NCBI GenBank assembly: GCA_964591125.1
Contig: CAZQAC010000001.1
Location: 24,674 to 88,673, forward strand
DNA: 64,000 nucleotides
Direction: 5' to 3'
DNA from: an uncultured Lachnospiraceae bacterium
GTDB taxonomy: Bacteria; Bacillota; Clostridia; Christensenellales; Pumilibacteraceae
Numbering within the stretch: the stretch's first letter is position 1; every line of letters starts with the position of its first letter. This document shows positions 1 to 8,613 of the stretch, one piece after another. The notes under the pieces were generated by a model that worked only from the letters and a program-made list of their open reading frames with translations, did no database searches and had not been told where the DNA came from. Both the position numbers and the translations under genes were made by a program.

Positions 1-607
1 GGCTTTGTACGGCATAACGGGCAAAAAATTTGCCGAAAGACTGAACGAACTCGCCGATTTATTAGATTTTAAGGCTTTATTAAAAAGACAGGTCGGAAAA
101 CTTTCGGGCGGACAAAGACGACGCGTAGACATTGCTCGAGCATTGATTCACAAACCGAAAATACTTATTCTGGACGAACCGACCACCGGTCTCGATCCGC
201 AAACTCGAAAACTGTTGTGGAACGTGGTATCGAACTTACAAAAAGATACGGGAATTACCGTTTTTTTGACCACTCATTATATGGAAGAAGCAGCCGCCGC
301 AGATTTCGTAACCATAATAGATCAAGGAAAAATAATAGCCGAAGGCTCTCCTTTGACTCTTAAAAACACTTATACCGGCGATTATATCACATTATACGGC
401 GTTTCGGAACAAGAAATAAAAAAACTCGGAAAGCCGTATACGAATTATAGCGAAGCGTTCCGAATCGAAGTGGAAAATACTGCGGAAGCAACGTCGCTGA
501 TTATTGCTCACCCCGAAATTTTTAACGATTACGAAATTACAAAAGGCAATATGGACGACGTATTCTTAGCCGCAACGGGAAAAATTCTGGGAGGAGAAAC
601 GAAATGA
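1..607 (+). CDS. ABC transporter ATP-binding protein (5' end cut by window edge)
   Basis: ORF 5..607. ABC signature LSGGQRRRV followed by Walker B ILILDEPTTGLD. Stop overlaps the start of the next gene (ATGA at 604-607). Confidence 0.9.
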   Translation, partial: ALYGITGKKFAERLNELADLLDFKALLKRQVGKLSGGQRRRVDIARALIHKPKILILDEPTTGLDPQTRKLLWNVVSNLQKDTGITVFLTTHYMEEAAAADFVTIIDQGKIIAEGSPLTLKNTYTGDYITLYGVSEQEIKKLGKPYTNYSEAFRIEVENTAEATSLIIAHPEIFNDYEITKGNMDDVFLAATGKILGGETK

Positions 608-1503
608 AAACTTTTTTACTCATGACAAAACGAAATATTAAACTGTTTCTGAAAGACAAAGGATTATTTTTCGTATCGCTTATAACGCCGTGTATTCTGT
701 TATTGCTATTCGTTACCTTTCTCGGCAACGTATACCGTTCTACATTCACGTCCGTTATTCCCGATGAAGCGGGTGTGCCCGAAAAACTGATTAACGGCTT
801 GGTCGGCGGACAGTTGATAAGCTCTTTGCTTGCCGTTTCGTGCATAACGGTCGCATTTTGTTCCAATATGATTATGGTTCAAGACAAAATAAACGGCGCG
901 TTCAAAGATATTTGCATGACTCCGATAAAAAAATCAACCTTATCGATGAGTTATTTCGTCGCAACAATGATCAGTTCGCTGTGCATATGTCTTGTTGCGT
1001 TTGCCGTTTCGCTTATTTATCTCGCGTGTACGGGTTGGTATTTGACCGTAGCAGATATTGTTTTTATAATATTCGATATAATAATTCTCGTTACTTTCGG
1101 CACCGCACTCTCATCCATCGTTAATTTCTTTCTGTCGACGCAAGGACAATGTTCCGCCGTAGGCTCTCTCGTCAGTTCGGTTTACGGATTCATATGCGGT
1201 GCGTATATGCCGATTTCTAATTTCCCGGCCTTTTTGCAAAGTTTACTTTCCTTCTTACCGGGAACTTACGGCACCGTTCTTTTGCGCAATCACTGCATGG
1301 GCAACGCAATCGAACAATTATCATCGTACGGCGTTCCCGAACAATTTGTCAATCAGCTGAAAGACAGCATCGACTGCAACATATACTTTTTCGACAATTC
1401 CGTTCCCGTCTACATGATGTTTACGATCATTACAGCAACAACCGCTTTGCTTATAATCGCCTATATTGTCATAAACATTTTTGCAAAACGTAAAAATCGC
1501 TAA
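604..1503 (+). CDS. ABC-2 type transporter permease
   Basis: 299-aa polytopic hydrophobic ORF, translationally coupled to the upstream ATPase. Typical ABC-2 exporter pair arrangement. Confidence 0.8.
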   Translation: MKTFLLMTKRNIKLFLKDKGLFFVSLITPCILLLLFVTFLGNVYRSTFTSVIPDEAGVPEKLINGLVGGQLISSLLAVSCITVAFCSNMIMVQDKINGAFKDICMTPIKKSTLSMSYFVATMISSLCICLVAFAVSLIYLACTGWYLTVADIVFIIFDIIILVTFGTALSSIVNFFLSTQGQCSAVGSLVSSVYGFICGAYMPISNFPAFLQSLLSFLPGTYGTVLLRNHCMGNAIEQLSSYGVPEQFVNQLKDSIDCNIYFFDNSVPVYMMFTIITATTALLIIAYIVINIFAKRKNR

Positions 1504-1523
1504 TTTCGGTACTTTATATAAAA

Positions 1524-1566
1524 GCAACACGCCAAGAATTTTACTTCTAAGCGTGCTGTTTTTTAT
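1524..1566. terminator. Weak bidirectional stem-loop between convergent genes
   Basis: caacacgc (1525-1532) pairs with gcgtgctg (1551-1558) with one mismatch and an 18-nt loop. It is followed by a run of 6 T on the + strand. The reverse strand is also T-rich after the stem. Confidence 0.4.
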
Positions 1567-1622
1567 ATATCGGGTTTATTTTCCGAGTTCTAATTATTTT
1601 AAGCATATAAATAAACGCAGAC

Positions 1623-2510
1623 TCAGTGTCGCAACCTCATTACTTTTGCGATAACAAGCCAAATCAGATTTGCGATAACAATAGGAACATAACATAGCGT
1701 CGATATAACAGCCAATATAATAGCCCACAAAATCGAAATCAAAGGCAAAGCCAAAAGAGTCGAAAAGAGAAAAACATATTGAGGTTGATATATTTTGTAA
1801 TTAGAAGCATAACTTTTATTGCTTTTTCCTATTTCAAGATTTTCATTGAAAATATCAAAAATCATATTCCAAAGACCGATATAATATTGTTTTGCCGCAT
1901 AAGAAAACTGCGATAATTCCACAGACGCGGTAAAATCAAAAGCGAACATCTCGCCTATATAATCTTTTTTCGTGTTTTTGACCGACCAAAAAACGGAATA
2001 AAAACAAGCAAACAAAAATGCTATTGTAAAATATGCAAGCAAAGCGCCGACAATGATTTGAGCAAAGAATAAAAAAATCATAATTTGCAAACCGATAACG
2101 CCGATTACAATCGCCGTACCCAAAACAACTACCGCGACAGCAACCATAAACCACATCCAACGCTTAGGCGACAACAGCCTGTATTGCCCCGATTTTGCCA
2201 ATGCATTCGAAGCAACCGACATATTTTCTTTAAACGAATATTTCGACGCAACCAAAATAATCGTTACCCAACGTTTTAATAAAGCCCAAAACGAATGAAT
2301 TTCGCATCCGCTTAATTCCCTTACTGCAACGACAAAAGACTTTACATAAACAATGAGCGCGTAAATTGCGGCGATTCCTACTCCCACCGCAAGAAATACG
2401 CTCAAGACCATCAAGCCTATAGAAGAAAATATAGCCGATACAAAAATTAATATAATGATGGTAACTAATATACTGGATAAAATATTTCCGAATAGTTTTC
2501 TGCCAAACAT
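1623..2510 (-). CDS. Polytopic membrane protein (about 6-8 TM); last gene of the Hsp70/GTPase operon
   Basis: ORF 1623..2522 begins at a TTG. The ATG at 2510 (MFGRKLF) has GAGG 6 nt upstream and lies 8 nt after the stop of the 89-aa gene. Long hydrophobic segments throughout. No family motif recognised. Confidence 0.75.
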   Translation of the reverse strand: MFGRKLFGNILSSILVTIIILIFVSAIFSSIGLMVLSVFLAVGVGIAAIYALIVYVKSFVVAVRELSGCEIHSFWALLKRWVTIILVASKYSFKENMSVASNALAKSGQYRLLSPKRWMWFMVAVAVVVLGTAIVIGVIGLQIMIFLFFAQIIVGALLAYFTIAFLFACFYSVFWSVKNTKKDYIGEMFAFDFTASVELSQFSYAAKQYYIGLWNMIFDIFNENLEIGKSNKSYASNYKIYQPQYVFLFSTLLALPLISILWAIILAVISTLCYVPIVIANLIWLVIAKVMRLRH

Positions 2511-2518
2511 TTTTCGCC

Positions 2519-2788
2519 TCAATATAATAATTGCAACAGTTTATTCCAAAACTTTTCATTTGCTTCGATAAGAGCTTTTTTACCGCTTTTCAAAACAATG
2601 GAAATAATATACTTACTTTTCATAATGCCGGAAGTTTGATTAACGATTTCATATTTCGAAACCGTATCTTTACTTATTTCTTCACGATTTAGGATATTCG
2701 TAAAATACAATCGCGGTTTATGCAATAAATTAAAGCTTTCGACAATATCCCAGCCCTTAAAATCTCCGGCAATTATTTTACTTTTCAT
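2519..2788 (-). CDS. Small soluble protein of unknown function (89 aa), operon member
   Basis: RBS GGAGGTG directly upstream of the ATG. Non-hydrophobic sequence that looks beta-rich. Tightly coupled to the downstream membrane protein. Confidence 0.7.
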   Translation of the reverse strand: MKSKIIAGDFKGWDIVESFNLLHKPRLYFTNILNREEISKDTVSKYEIVNQTSGIMKSKYIISIVLKSGKKALIEANEKFWNKLLQLLY

Positions 2789-2930
2789 TTTTCACCTCCG
2801 CAACGAAAACAATTCGACTCTTAAGCAATTCCTTACAATTAATCGTCGGACTCGCAACAAATTGCTAATTAATAATTCTTTGATGCACATTTCCATAAAA
2901 ATGCGGTCTTTAAGCACTATAAAATCAAAT

Positions 2931-4442
2931 TTATATACTTTTGCCCCACTTTTTTTTCAAATCTATCGATGGGCATACTTTATCGATTATCCAAAGAGCG
3001 GGCTCATAAACTCCGTTCGGAGAAAACGGAGTTCCGTCTTCGTTGTGTCCCAGCGCACTACACGTAAAGAATTGTACGCTTTTGAACTTGGACTTCAGAT
3101 TATTTAGGAAATTCTCTTCTTCATAATCTTGCAAGAATTTTTCGCAAACAACGTTCTTTGCCGCAAATTTATCCTTTATTTTTCCATCTTTCAAAAGATT
3201 TTGAACGGCTTTTTCGCCGATTAGTTCATCTATTCCGGGAATATCGCATTTATTGAATACAAGCAAAACGTCCGTTTTTAACATATCTTTTGAATTGAGG
3301 TTATACATATTCTGCAATGTGTTTACGAGAGAACTTAACACTTCGTCCATGGATTTTTGGCTAATCGTGTACGCGGTTAAATCCACGGATTTTTCTATGG
3401 ATTTTCTGTACGCGTTAATGGACAGCGGATCGACGACCATAATAAATGCTGAGGCATAACGGAAGCCGAGCTGATGCTCCAACGCAGAATTGTTATCGTA
3501 AGCTTCACCTGCCACATCACAAAAAGATATTAAATTGCGAACTTTGACTTTTTTGGGGGTTAGATAAAACTGATAATATTTTAATTTTTGATTATCCGTT
3601 TTGGGAAGACGGTGTCCTTGCTCCAATGCCATTTTGTTATCGGCGTAATCGTCATCGAGCAAATCGTTATTAATGTATTCAAAAACAAGATCGTTTTCGG
3701 AAGCTTTTTTTTCGAGCTCGCTAATAGCCATATTAATGAAGCATGATTTACCCGAACCCGTTCCGCCGACTACCGGAATACACCTGTCTACTTGCAAACC
3801 GTTAGAATGAAGTTCGTATTCACAATGCGGGCAAATCCATTTACCGGGCAACTTATGACGTCCGTTAAGAAAGGTCGTCGGCAATACTCTGCCGCATTCG
3901 CATTTTCGATGCATTATTCCGTAGCGACTCGGAACAAGATTCGTATGAATCGCGCCGCACTCGCATACATATGCCGGCAACGCGTATTTTCTTTGACAAT
4001 TCGGACAACTGGTAGATATGTTTTTAATATGATTATATAAAAAGTCGATAAATTTAACGATAACAAAGTATATATATGTAAACAAAAAGAAAACACTTAA
4101 AATTATCGTATGCAATACCGACATAATCGCCGTAACGACAATGGTTATCAAAGTTCCGCCAACCAATTTAAATAGAAAAAACGAAAATTTTATAAGAGAC
4201 CAAATGCCGCTAAAAAATTCCGACCATTCGAAATCGTCTCCGCTTAGACCGAAAGAAATGCATTTTTGGAACAAATACCCGACATGCTTTAATTTTTGCA
4301 AGCCCAACAACGCAAGCCCCAATTGAGCCGCAGAAGTTTTCATATGCCCTACGCATCTTTGAAAAGCATTTTTTATTGTGTTTACAAATTCAACATATCC
4401 GCCTTTAAAGAAATAATTTATAAATGCAGGTTGTTTTTTCAT
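2931..4442 (-). CDS. Membrane-anchored zinc-ribbon P-loop GTPase (TRAFAC-type motifs)
   Basis: 503 aa with RBS AGGAGA. N-terminal ~130 aa is hydrophobic (2-4 TM). Cysteine pairs CPNC..CECG..CECG..CPHC indicate two zinc ribbons. GTPase motifs: G1 GGTGSGKS, G3 DVAG, G4 NKCD, G5 CSALG. Confidence 0.85.
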   Translation of the reverse strand: MKKQPAFINYFFKGGYVEFVNTIKNAFQRCVGHMKTSAAQLGLALLGLQKLKHVGYLFQKCISFGLSGDDFEWSEFFSGIWSLIKFSFFLFKLVGGTLITIVVTAIMSVLHTIILSVFFLFTYIYFVIVKFIDFLYNHIKNISTSCPNCQRKYALPAYVCECGAIHTNLVPSRYGIMHRKCECGRVLPTTFLNGRHKLPGKWICPHCEYELHSNGLQVDRCIPVVGGTGSGKSCFINMAISELEKKASENDLVFEYINNDLLDDDYADNKMALEQGHRLPKTDNQKLKYYQFYLTPKKVKVRNLISFCDVAGEAYDNNSALEHQLGFRYASAFIMVVDPLSINAYRKSIEKSVDLTAYTISQKSMDEVLSSLVNTLQNMYNLNSKDMLKTDVLLVFNKCDIPGIDELIGEKAVQNLLKDGKIKDKFAAKNVVCEKFLQDYEEENFLNNLKSKFKSVQFFTCSALGHNEDGTPFSPNGVYEPALWIIDKVCPSIDLKKKWGKSI

Positions 4443-4458
4443 TGATTTTTTCTCCTAA

Positions 4459-4662
4459 CTACTGTCTGAGTTTAACTTGCGAGAACAATGCGGCAAAATA
4501 GTTTTTAACACCCATAACAGCTCCCAAAAACATGCCGATAATCGCCCCGCCGACAAAAGTCAAAAAACAAATATACAATACTATACAAAAACCGGCTATT
4601 ACCGCCGCAATATATAATAACGTAAATGCAATTTGAAATAACGAATCTAAAAAACCTTCCAT
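4459..4662 (-). CDS. Small two-TM membrane protein (67 aa), operon member
   Basis: RBS GGAGGTG upstream. Almost entirely hydrophobic (two helices). Gaps of 16-18 nt to both neighbours. Confidence 0.7.
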   Translation of the reverse strand: MEGFLDSLFQIAFTLLYIAAVIAGFCIVLYICFLTFVGGAIIGMFLGAVMGVKNYFAALFSQVKLRQ

Positions 4663-4680
4663 CTTTCACCTCCAATAATA

Positions 4681-7449
4681 TTAATCGTCGTCTTTATTTG
4701 TTTTATCTTTTTTTCCGAATCCGAAAATCTGAGAGAAAAAGCCTCCGCCTTCCTTTTTGTCTTTCTCTTTCTTATCGTTGTTTTTCTTTTTTTCTTCTTT
4801 TTTATTGACAAAACCTAACTGTTCCGTGAAAATTTGTATATTTTGCTTAAATTGTTCCGGAACCGACGAAAGAATATCGCCAATTAATCTCTCTGCCTTT
4901 TTTCTGTTGGAAAAACTGCCTATATAATAATTAAGAAGCCCCCTCAAATCATCGGCAAAGCTATAATGATAATTGCAAGCAAATACAAACATATCGGATA
5001 ACAAAATCATACTGTTCTTCGTATTAGATTTTGCCATTACATTCATAAATTCGCTTTTGAAATACCTACTTTTTATAAGTTCGCTAAATAATAAAGTCAA
5101 AACCCTCATATTATTATTGCAAATATAGTCATCGTTTTTTTCATTGGAGTTTTGCACGGTGCGATAATTTAAATAAATGTTAACTATAACGCAAAGATAA
5201 TTTGCGACCAATTCGTCTATTTGCCTTTCGTTAAGAATCGGAGTTACGAACGAATTGTATTGTATTAACTTTTCAACGAACCAGACGGTAGCCTCTTTGC
5301 TCCCCTCAGCCGTCTTTAGATTTTGTATTAAATCGACATAATTTCTTTTCGGATCGAGTTCGATGCGGTTATTATATAATTTACTGTCTAAATCCTTTCT
5401 AAGCGACGTTTCTTGCGCGGAATATTGAAGTATGTATTCCGCAGACGGCTCATACATTTTTTTGTGAATGTAAAGCAATACGTCTTTCATATCTCCCCGA
5501 TTAATATCCACGCCGGTACGACATATATCCGAATATATTTCAAAACAACTTTTTTCGTTAGGAGAATGTGCCAAATAGTACTTAAGCTTTTCTAAATACA
5601 ACCCTCTATCAAAGCCTTTAAGATAATAATTATTAAAATAATTATTTAAATCGGATCTGACGATATTGTTATTTACGCTGAACGCATATGTTTCGCGAAT
5701 TATTTTGAAATTAGAAAATCTCTGCTCTCGTATAAGTTCGTTTTCGAGCGCCGAATAAAGCGAAGGGTTGTTGTTATAATATTTCGTATACTCCGAAATA
5801 AAATGCGAAGATTGCTCATTCATTTCAACCACTCGTTTAAGTATTTCAAGCTGTAACGATTGAGATTTTACCGCTTCTATAAAAAAGAACATCATACGAT
5901 TATTATTTTCGGCGTTATCGAATCGACATATCGTGTCCAAAATTAGTTTTTCTGCAAGCTTGCCCGAAACCGAATACGCTTCGGAAAGAAGTGTATTAAC
6001 TTCTTTAACTGTCTTTTCATTTGAATAAAAGACAAAAATATACAGCATAACCGAATAAATTTTATCAGAACCCGAGTGCGATAATTCTTTAAGAAGAGTC
6101 ACATAAATCAAATTATTCCATCTAAAATCGTTTTGACTCGCAAAACCCGCAGCAAAACTGTTTTGCGCTACAAGATATTGTAAAAATTCGCTTGCAGAAA
6201 ACGGTGCAGCCGAAAAAAACGATTCGACATATTCCAAAGCGTCCGCCGATGACGACGCATAATTTTCAATATGCGAAATATAATAATCTATTAGATTTTT
6301 TCTTATCGCCGTATCTCCGTATCGATACATCCGTTTAAGAAGAGCCGCCGAAATCGTCACATCATTCCATTTTTTCTGAACAAAATACGAACTATAAATG
6401 TTGCTAACCGCATCATTGGGCGTTAAAATGTTATATTTTTCGGCAATATTGTTAGTTTCGATAAATTCATCGAAATTCGAAAACCACTGAACTCGATTAT
6501 TTTTAAGCATAAACAACGGAACTGCCTGCTCACGATTGCAATCGTATGCGTTACAGAGATTATCGATTTCGTTAACGTATTCCAACGCTTCGAGAAGACT
6601 TTTACCGAGAGCGTCGCGAATTCCGGCAATATACGCATCTAAAGAAATGCTTGCGATTATGTTTTTTGTTAAGTCAAAAATCGGTTGGCTTGTCGAAAAC
6701 GACGACACGGCTACATTTCGAATTGTAAGAGGTTTTGCTCCGGATAACCCGCTCGACGCATTAAAATTATTAACCGCGGCTATCTTAGAACCGAACGTTA
6801 CTTTTTCGCGCAACTGAGGAGGAAGAAACAATCCTATTGCGGTATACCATAATTCCAAATTGGCGTCGGTGTCGATCAAAACAACGGAACTGTCAGTATT
6901 CGCCGCATTTATAACAGCCTGCAACAATATAGGAAAACTCTGTTTTCTTTCGGCTGTCAAAAAAGCTTCGACTTCCCGAAAGTTCAACGCGTCGGGTTGA
7001 ATATCTATTTGCGGAAGCGTTTCCGGACAAGGGTTGTCATGCCATTCGACAAATTCCAACTTACTTTTAAATTTATTTTTGTTTAAAAACGACATCGGAA
7101 ACATTTCGCCCAAACTGTCGAAAACATAAGCATGTATAAAAAAGTTGCCCCATCGCGTATCCTGACCGTATTCCGTTTTGCCGCTATAAACCCTACCTAT
7201 GAAATTTGATTCCGCCAAAACTTTTTTGCCCGTTGACAACACAAAATAAGCGTATTTCGTCGGACACGCTTTTTTTATTTCTTCTTCTGACGCCTCGTAA
7301 AGATTAACACCCGAAGGGTTCTTATACGTCATAAGTTGATGAATTTCTTCACCTTCCGCATCGGTAATATCCGCCGTTTTCGACCAAACGGTAAAATCGC
7401 CGTTTTTTTGTTTTCCGCATGCCGTAAATATATACTGAGAAACTAACAT
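4681..7449 (-). CDS. Large (922 aa) alpha-helical protein of unknown function with a Lys/Glu/Asp-rich C-terminal tail
   Basis: Uninterrupted 922-aa ORF with RBS GGAGGAGGA. I recognise no catalytic motif. C-terminus is KKEEKKKNNDKKEKDKKEGGGFFSQIFGFGKKDKTNKDDD. Confidence 0.85.
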   Translation of the reverse strand: MLVSQYIFTACGKQKNGDFTVWSKTADITDAEGEEIHQLMTYKNPSGVNLYEASEEEIKKACPTKYAYFVLSTGKKVLAESNFIGRVYSGKTEYGQDTRWGNFFIHAYVFDSLGEMFPMSFLNKNKFKSKLEFVEWHDNPCPETLPQIDIQPDALNFREVEAFLTAERKQSFPILLQAVINAANTDSSVVLIDTDANLELWYTAIGLFLPPQLREKVTFGSKIAAVNNFNASSGLSGAKPLTIRNVAVSSFSTSQPIFDLTKNIIASISLDAYIAGIRDALGKSLLEALEYVNEIDNLCNAYDCNREQAVPLFMLKNNRVQWFSNFDEFIETNNIAEKYNILTPNDAVSNIYSSYFVQKKWNDVTISAALLKRMYRYGDTAIRKNLIDYYISHIENYASSSADALEYVESFFSAAPFSASEFLQYLVAQNSFAAGFASQNDFRWNNLIYVTLLKELSHSGSDKIYSVMLYIFVFYSNEKTVKEVNTLLSEAYSVSGKLAEKLILDTICRFDNAENNNRMMFFFIEAVKSQSLQLEILKRVVEMNEQSSHFISEYTKYYNNNPSLYSALENELIREQRFSNFKIIRETYAFSVNNNIVRSDLNNYFNNYYLKGFDRGLYLEKLKYYLAHSPNEKSCFEIYSDICRTGVDINRGDMKDVLLYIHKKMYEPSAEYILQYSAQETSLRKDLDSKLYNNRIELDPKRNYVDLIQNLKTAEGSKEATVWFVEKLIQYNSFVTPILNERQIDELVANYLCVIVNIYLNYRTVQNSNEKNDDYICNNNMRVLTLLFSELIKSRYFKSEFMNVMAKSNTKNSMILLSDMFVFACNYHYSFADDLRGLLNYYIGSFSNRKKAERLIGDILSSVPEQFKQNIQIFTEQLGFVNKKEEKKKNNDKKEKDKKEGGGFFSQIFGFGKKDKTNKDDD

Positions 7450-7465
7450 GGTATCCTCCTCCCCT

Positions 7466-8596
7466 TTATCTTTTAACTTTCTTTATATAATTTTTTTCCG
7501 CAAACAACCACAATAGCGGATCCAAAACGCGATGCGGCTGTATTTGAGAACCGGAAATTTTCATATCGTTAGGAACATCACCTAATGCGCTTACACCGAA
7601 TAGCGAATATTTCTCAAAATTTTTCATACATTGAAGCACTTCGCCCTCAAGCCAATGCGAAAGCAAATCTTCAAGCTCGGTATTGACGCTTTCTTGATCT
7701 TGAAGAACGAAAACTCCGCGTTTTAAATGTTCGGATTCGCTTGCGACCGCATAATCGTTTCTGATTACGCCATATTTAATAAGCGCGTCTATTTTTGTGA
7801 AAACGACAGCTAACGGCGTTTTTATGTTGCCCTTTGTCTTTTTGACGTTTTTAATGTTGGTCACTATTCGATTTAATATTTCTACAACGTCGGTATTTTG
7901 CGGCGGTAAATTCATTTTTCCTTTAAGTTTTTCTCTAACCGGAGGTAATTGTAAAGGATCCAAAAGTAAAATAATACCGTCGGCATTAGGTATATAACGA
8001 TTAAAATGTATCATATTTTCCGCGTTGTCAAGATTTTCTCCCGCGGTATCGTAAAATGTAAGCGAAGCGGTATTTTTAATTCTGTTTTTATTATCCATAA
8101 AATTAATGGGAAACAGTAACGGCGGTATAACTCCGCTATCCGTTGCGGAAATGACATATCCGTCTACAAATAACGGTTTATAATAGTTTTCGTCATAATA
8201 ACGTTTAGATTCTTCGCTACAACAAATATTCAGCGAGCAATTAAAACTGTGCGACATTTTACGCTTGATTTCGTTTACGAGCACGCCTATGTAATTGGAT
8301 TTTCCCGAAGCTTTTGCTCCGACAAGCGCAATGGTCATACCGTTATTGGTTAAATAATCTCTCGGAATAACTTTTTCACTTTCTTTAAATTCGGGACAAT
8401 AGATATATAAGCTGGCTTCTTTGCAATTAAGGCATTTGCTTTTGCTTGTTTTTGGGATATACATCGACGGAATCTCTTTTTTTACTCCGGATGCGCAGAC
8501 TTCACGCGTTTGTCCGTTCATGTTATCGGAACATCTCATGTCACATTCCAATAATTCGTGTTTTCCGTAGCAATAAGGGCAAGTAAATTTGGGCAT
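7466..8596 (-). CDS. Soluble zinc-ribbon P-loop GTPase, paralog of 2931..4442
   Basis: Start placed at ATG 8596 (MPKFTCPYC, RBS AAGGAGA) instead of the ORF-track 8650. N-terminal CPYC..C..C and CLNC..C cysteines. GTPase motifs: G1 GAKASGKS, G3 DTAG, G4 TKID, G5 VSALG. Confidence 0.85.
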   Translation of the reverse strand: MPKFTCPYCYGKHELLECDMRCSDNMNGQTREVCASGVKKEIPSMYIPKTSKSKCLNCKEASLYIYCPEFKESEKVIPRDYLTNNGMTIALVGAKASGKSNYIGVLVNEIKRKMSHSFNCSLNICCSEESKRYYDENYYKPLFVDGYVISATDSGVIPPLLFPINFMDNKNRIKNTASLTFYDTAGENLDNAENMIHFNRYIPNADGIILLLDPLQLPPVREKLKGKMNLPPQNTDVVEILNRIVTNIKNVKKTKGNIKTPLAVVFTKIDALIKYGVIRNDYAVASESEHLKRGVFVLQDQESVNTELEDLLSHWLEGEVLQCMKNFEKYSLFGVSALGDVPNDMKISGSQIQPHRVLDPLLWLFAEKNYIKKVKR

Positions 8597-8613
8597 ATAA
8601 AATTCTCCTTTCT

